NCBI GenBank assembly: GCA_964016885.1
Contig: OZ024744.1
Span: 106,702,001 to 106,766,000 of the forward strand
Direction of reading: 5' to 3'
From: Eledone cirrhosa
Taxonomy: Eukaryota
DNA length: 64,000 bases
The notes below the pieces were generated by a model. The model made no database searches. It had not been told where the DNA came from and was given only the letters and a program-made list of their open reading frames with translations. Every line of letters begins with the position of its first letter. Position 1 is the stretch's first letter. The position numbers and the translations under genes were made by a program. Shown here one piece after another: positions 60,301-64,000 of the stretch.

Positions 60301-63300
60301 AAGGTTGGTGAGAGGGAGTTGCTGCCTTCCAACCATTTTGTTGTAAGGTGGGTGAGAGGGAAGTGCTGCCTTTCAAACTGTTTGTTGTAAAGTGTGTGAG
60401 AGGGAAGTGCTGCCTTCCAAACAGTTTGATGTAACGTGGGTGAGATGTAAGTGCTGCATTCCAACCTGTTTGTTATAAGGAGGGTAAGAAGGAAGTGCTG
60501 CCTTCCAACCAGTTTGTTGTAACTTGGGTGAGAGGCAAGTCCTGCCTTCCAACCAGTTTGTTGTAACTTGAGTAAGAGGGAAGTGCTGCCTTCCAACCTG
60601 TTTGTTGTAAAGTGGGTGAGAGGGAAGTGCTGCCTTCTAACCAGTTTGTTGTAAAGTGGGTGAGAGGGAAGTGCTGCCTTCCAACCTGTTTGTTGTAAAG
60701 TGGGTGAGAGGGAAGTGCTGCCTTCCAACCTGTTTGTTGTAAAGTGGGTGAGAGGGAAGTGCTGCCTTCCAACCAGTTTGTTGTAAGGTGGGTGTGAGGG
60801 AAGTGCTGCCTTCCAACCTGTTTGTTGTAATGTGGGTGAGAGGGAATTGCTGCCTTCCAACAAGTTTGTTGTAGGGTGGGTGAGAGGGAAGTGCTGCCTT
60901 CCAACCTGTTTGTTGTAAATTGGGTGAGAGGGAATTCCTGCCTTCCAACCAGTTTGATGTAACGTGGGTGAGAGGTAAGTGCTGCCCCCCAACCTGTTTG
61001 TTGTAAGGTGGGAAGAGGGAAGTGCTGCCTTCAAACCTGTTTGTTGTAAAGTGAGTGAGAGGGAACAGCTGCCTTCCAACCAGTTTGTTGTAAGGTGAGT
61101 GAGAGGGAATTTCTGCCTTCCAACCTGTTTGTTGTAAGATGGGTGAGAGGTAAGTCCTGCCTTCCAACCAATTTGTTGTAAAGTGGCTGAGAGGGAAGTG
61201 CTGCCTTCCAACCAGATTCTTGTAAAGTGGGTGAGAGGGAAGTGCTGCCTTCCAAACAGTTTGTTGTAAGGTGGGTGAGAGGGATGTGCTGCATTCCAAC
61301 CAGTTTATTGTAAGGTGTGTGAGAGGGAATTGCTGCATTCCAACCAGTTTGTTGTAAGATGGGTGAGAGGGAATTGGTGCTTTCCAACCAGTTTGTTGTA
61401 AGATAGCTGAGAGGGAAGTGCTGCCTTCCAACCAGTTTGTTGTAAGTTGGGTGAGAGGGAAGTGCTGCCATCTAACCAATTTGTTGTAAAGTGAGTGAGA
61501 TGGAAGTGCTGCCTTCCAGCCAGTTTGTTGTAAGGTGGGTGAGAGGGAAGTGCTGCCTTCCAACCAGTTTCTTGTGAAGTGGGTGAGAGGGAAGTGCTGC
61601 CTTCCAGCCAGTTTCTTGTAAGGTGGGTGAGAGGGAAGTGCTGCCTTCCAATCTGTTTGTTGTAAGGTGGGTGAGAGGTAAGTGCTGCCTTCCAACCTGT
61701 TTGTTGTAAGGTGGGTAATAGGGAAGCGCTGCCTTCCAACTAGTTTGTTGTAACTTGGGTGAGAGGCAAGTCCTGCCTTCCAACCAGTTTTTTGTAACAT
61801 GAGTGAGGGGGAAGTGCTGCCTTCCAACCAGTTTATTGTAAAGTGGGTGAGAGGGATGTGCTGTCTTCCAACCTGTTTGTTGTAAAGTGGGTGAGAGGGA
61901 AAGGCTGCCTTCCAACCAGTTTATTGTAAAGTGGGTGAGAGGGAAGAGCTGCCTTCCAACCAGTTTGTTGTAACGTGGGTAAGAGGGAAGTGTTGCCTTC
62001 CAACCAGTTTGCTGTAAAGTGGGTGAGAGGAAAGTGCTGCCTTCCAACCAGTTTGTTGTAAAGTGGGTGAGAGGGAAGTGCTTCATTCCAACCTGTTTGT
62101 TGTAAGGTGAGTGAGTGGGAAGTTCTGCCTTCCAACCAGTTTGTTGTAAGATGGGTGAGAGAGAAGTGCTGCCTTCCAACCAATTTATTGTAAGGTGGGT
62201 GAGAGGGATGTGCTGCCTTTCAACCAGTTTGTTGTAAGATGGGTAAGAGGGAAATGCTGCCTTCCAACCAGTTTTTTGTAAGATGGGTGAGAGGGAAGTC
62301 CTGCCTTCCAACCAGTTTGTTGTAAAGTGGCTGAGGGTGAATTTCTACCTTCCAACCTGTTTGTTGTAAAATGGGTGGGTGAGAGGGAAGTGTTGCCTTA
62401 CAACCAGTTTGTTGTAAGGTGGGTGAAAGGGAAGTGCTGCCTTCCAACTAGTTTGTTGTAAGGTGGGTGAGAGGTAAGTGCTGCCTTCCAACCAGTTTGT
62501 TGTAACTTGGGTGAGAGGGAATTGCTGCCTTCCAACCAGTTTGTGGAACTTGGGTGAGAGGGAAGTCCTGCCTTCCAACCAGTTTGTTGTAAAGTGGGTG
62601 AGAGGGAAGTGCTGCCTTCCAACCAGTTTGTTGTAAGGTGGGTGAGAGGGAAGTGCTGCCTTCCAACCTATTTGTTGTAAAGTGGGTGGGTGAGAAGGAA
62701 TTGCTGCCTTCCAACCTGTTTGTTGTAAGATGGGTGAGAGGGAAGTGCTGCCTTCCAACATATTTATTGTAAAGTGGGTGGTTGAGAGGAAGTGCTGCCC
62801 TCCAACCTGTTTGTTGTAAAGTGGGTGAGAGGGAAGTGCTGCCTTCCAACCAGTTTGTTGTAAGATGGGTTAGAGGGAAGTGTTGCCTTCCAACCAGTTT
62901 GTTGTAGAGTGGGTGAGAGGGAAGTGCTGCCTACCAACCAGTTTATCGTAAGGTGGGTGAGAGGGAACTGCTGCGTTCCAACCAATTTGTTGTAAGGTGG
63001 GTGAGAGGGAAGTGCTGCTTTGTAACCAGTTTGTTGTATAGTGGGTGAGAGGGAATTGCTGCCTTCCAACCAGTTTGTTGTAAGGTTAGTGAGAGGGAAG
63101 TGCTGCCTTCCAACCTATTTGTTGTAAAGTGGGTGAGAGGGAATTGCTGCCTTCCAACCAGTTTGATGTAACGTGGGTGAGAGGGAAGTGCTGCTTTCCA
63201 ACATGTTTGTTGTAAGGTGGGTGAGACGGAAGTGCTGCCTTCCAACCTGTTTGTTGTAAGGTGAGTGAGAGGGAAGTGCTGCCTTTTTACCAGTTTGTTG

Positions 63301-64000
63301 TAAAGTGGGTGAGAGGGAAGTGCTGCCTTCCAAACAGTTCGTTGTAAGGTGGGTGAGAGGTAATTGCTGCTTTCCAACCAGTTTGTTGTAAAGTGGTTGC
63401 GAGGGAAGCGCTGCATTCCAACCAGTTTGTTGTAAGGTGGGTGAGAGGGAAGTGCTGCCTTCCAACCTGTTTGTTTAAAATGGGTGAGAGGGAATTGCTG
63501 CCTTCCAACCAGTTTGTTGTAAGGTGAGTGAGAGGGAAGTGCTGCCTTCCAACCTGTTTGTTGTAAAGTGAGTGAGAGGGAATTGCTGCCTTCCAACCAG
63601 TTTGATGTAACGTGGGTGAGAGGTAAGTGCTGCCTTCCAACCTGTTTGTTGTAAGGTGGGAAGAGGGAAGTGCTGCCTTCCAACCTGTTTGTTGTAAAGT
63701 GAGTGAGAGGGAACAGCTGCTTTCCAACCAGTTTGTTGTAAGGTGAGTGAGAGGGAATTTCTGCCTTCCAACCAGTTTGTTGTAAGATGGGTGAGAGGGA
63801 AGTCCTGCCTTCCAACCAATTTGTTGTGAATTGGGTGGGTGAGAAGCAAGTGCTGCCTAACAACCATTTTGTTATAAGGTGGGTGACAGGGAAGTGCTGC
63901 CTTCCAACCTCTTTGATTTAAGTTGGGTGAGAGGGAAGTGCTGCCTTCCAACCTGTTTGTTGTAAAGTGGGTGAGAGGGAAGAGCTGCCTTCCAACCTGT

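Larger units (their letters stand above)
12748..64000. repeat. 44-bp tandem satellite, right arm (roughly 1150 monomers), truncated by the window end
   Basis: Same consensus as 4426-7228, same orientation throughout, with 43-bp (GAGGGAGTG) and 48-bp (ATGGGTGGGTGAG) variants. No other insertion or inversion was seen by eye. Confidence 0.98.

Noticed and set aside
12748-64000. Hundreds of minus-strand ORFs up to 826 aa (TTNWLEGSTSLSPTLQQTGWKAALPSHPLYNKLVGRQHFPLTH repeats)
   Set aside because: The reverse complement of the 44-mer has no stop in any phase and 44 is not a multiple of 3, so all three frames give the same 44-aa cycle. The ORFs overlap in all frames, 43/48-bp variants shift frame freely, and they are antisense to the source LINE. 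These are not genes.
1-64000. CRISPR-like regular repeats
   Set aside because: Monomers are contiguous with no unique spacers, there are no cas genes, and the context is eukaryotic retroelements.
12748-64000. G-quadruplex array
   Set aside because: Only two GGG runs per standard monomer, with about 30-nt loops between monomers and competing hairpins; too weak to claim without experiment.

Overview
Eukaryotic (metazoan-type) repeat-dominated window with no host gene. Layout: a 59-bp tandem satellite (1-3660, open at the left edge); about 770 bp of apparently unique DNA (3661-4425); and a 44-bp satellite (4426-64000, open at the right edge) interrupted by one full-length CsRn1-like Ty3/Gypsy LTR retrotransposon (7229-12747). 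Manual translation shows the unique spacer is two decayed non-LTR retrotransposon fragments joined back-to-back at about 3999/4000. One is an R4/Dong-like RT fragment on the minus strand, the other the C-terminal zinc-knuckle end of an L1/Tx1-like ORF2 on the plus strand. Each reading frame runs without a break into the adjacent satellite. The 59-mer encodes the RT Y(K/R)YLG segment (QPYR*LGINEGQGIHHTNM) and the 44-mer encodes the ORF2 terminal segment (EREVLPSNQFVVRW). Both satellites therefore appear to have arisen from LINE coding DNA and still adjoin their source sequence. The Gypsy element has a clear -1 frameshift signal (slippery heptamer plus predicted pseudoknot), non-canonical TG...AA ends and two single-base lesions. 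The several hundred minus-strand ORFs in the 44-bp array are translation artefacts. Family assignments rest on motif recognition by eye, not database searches.
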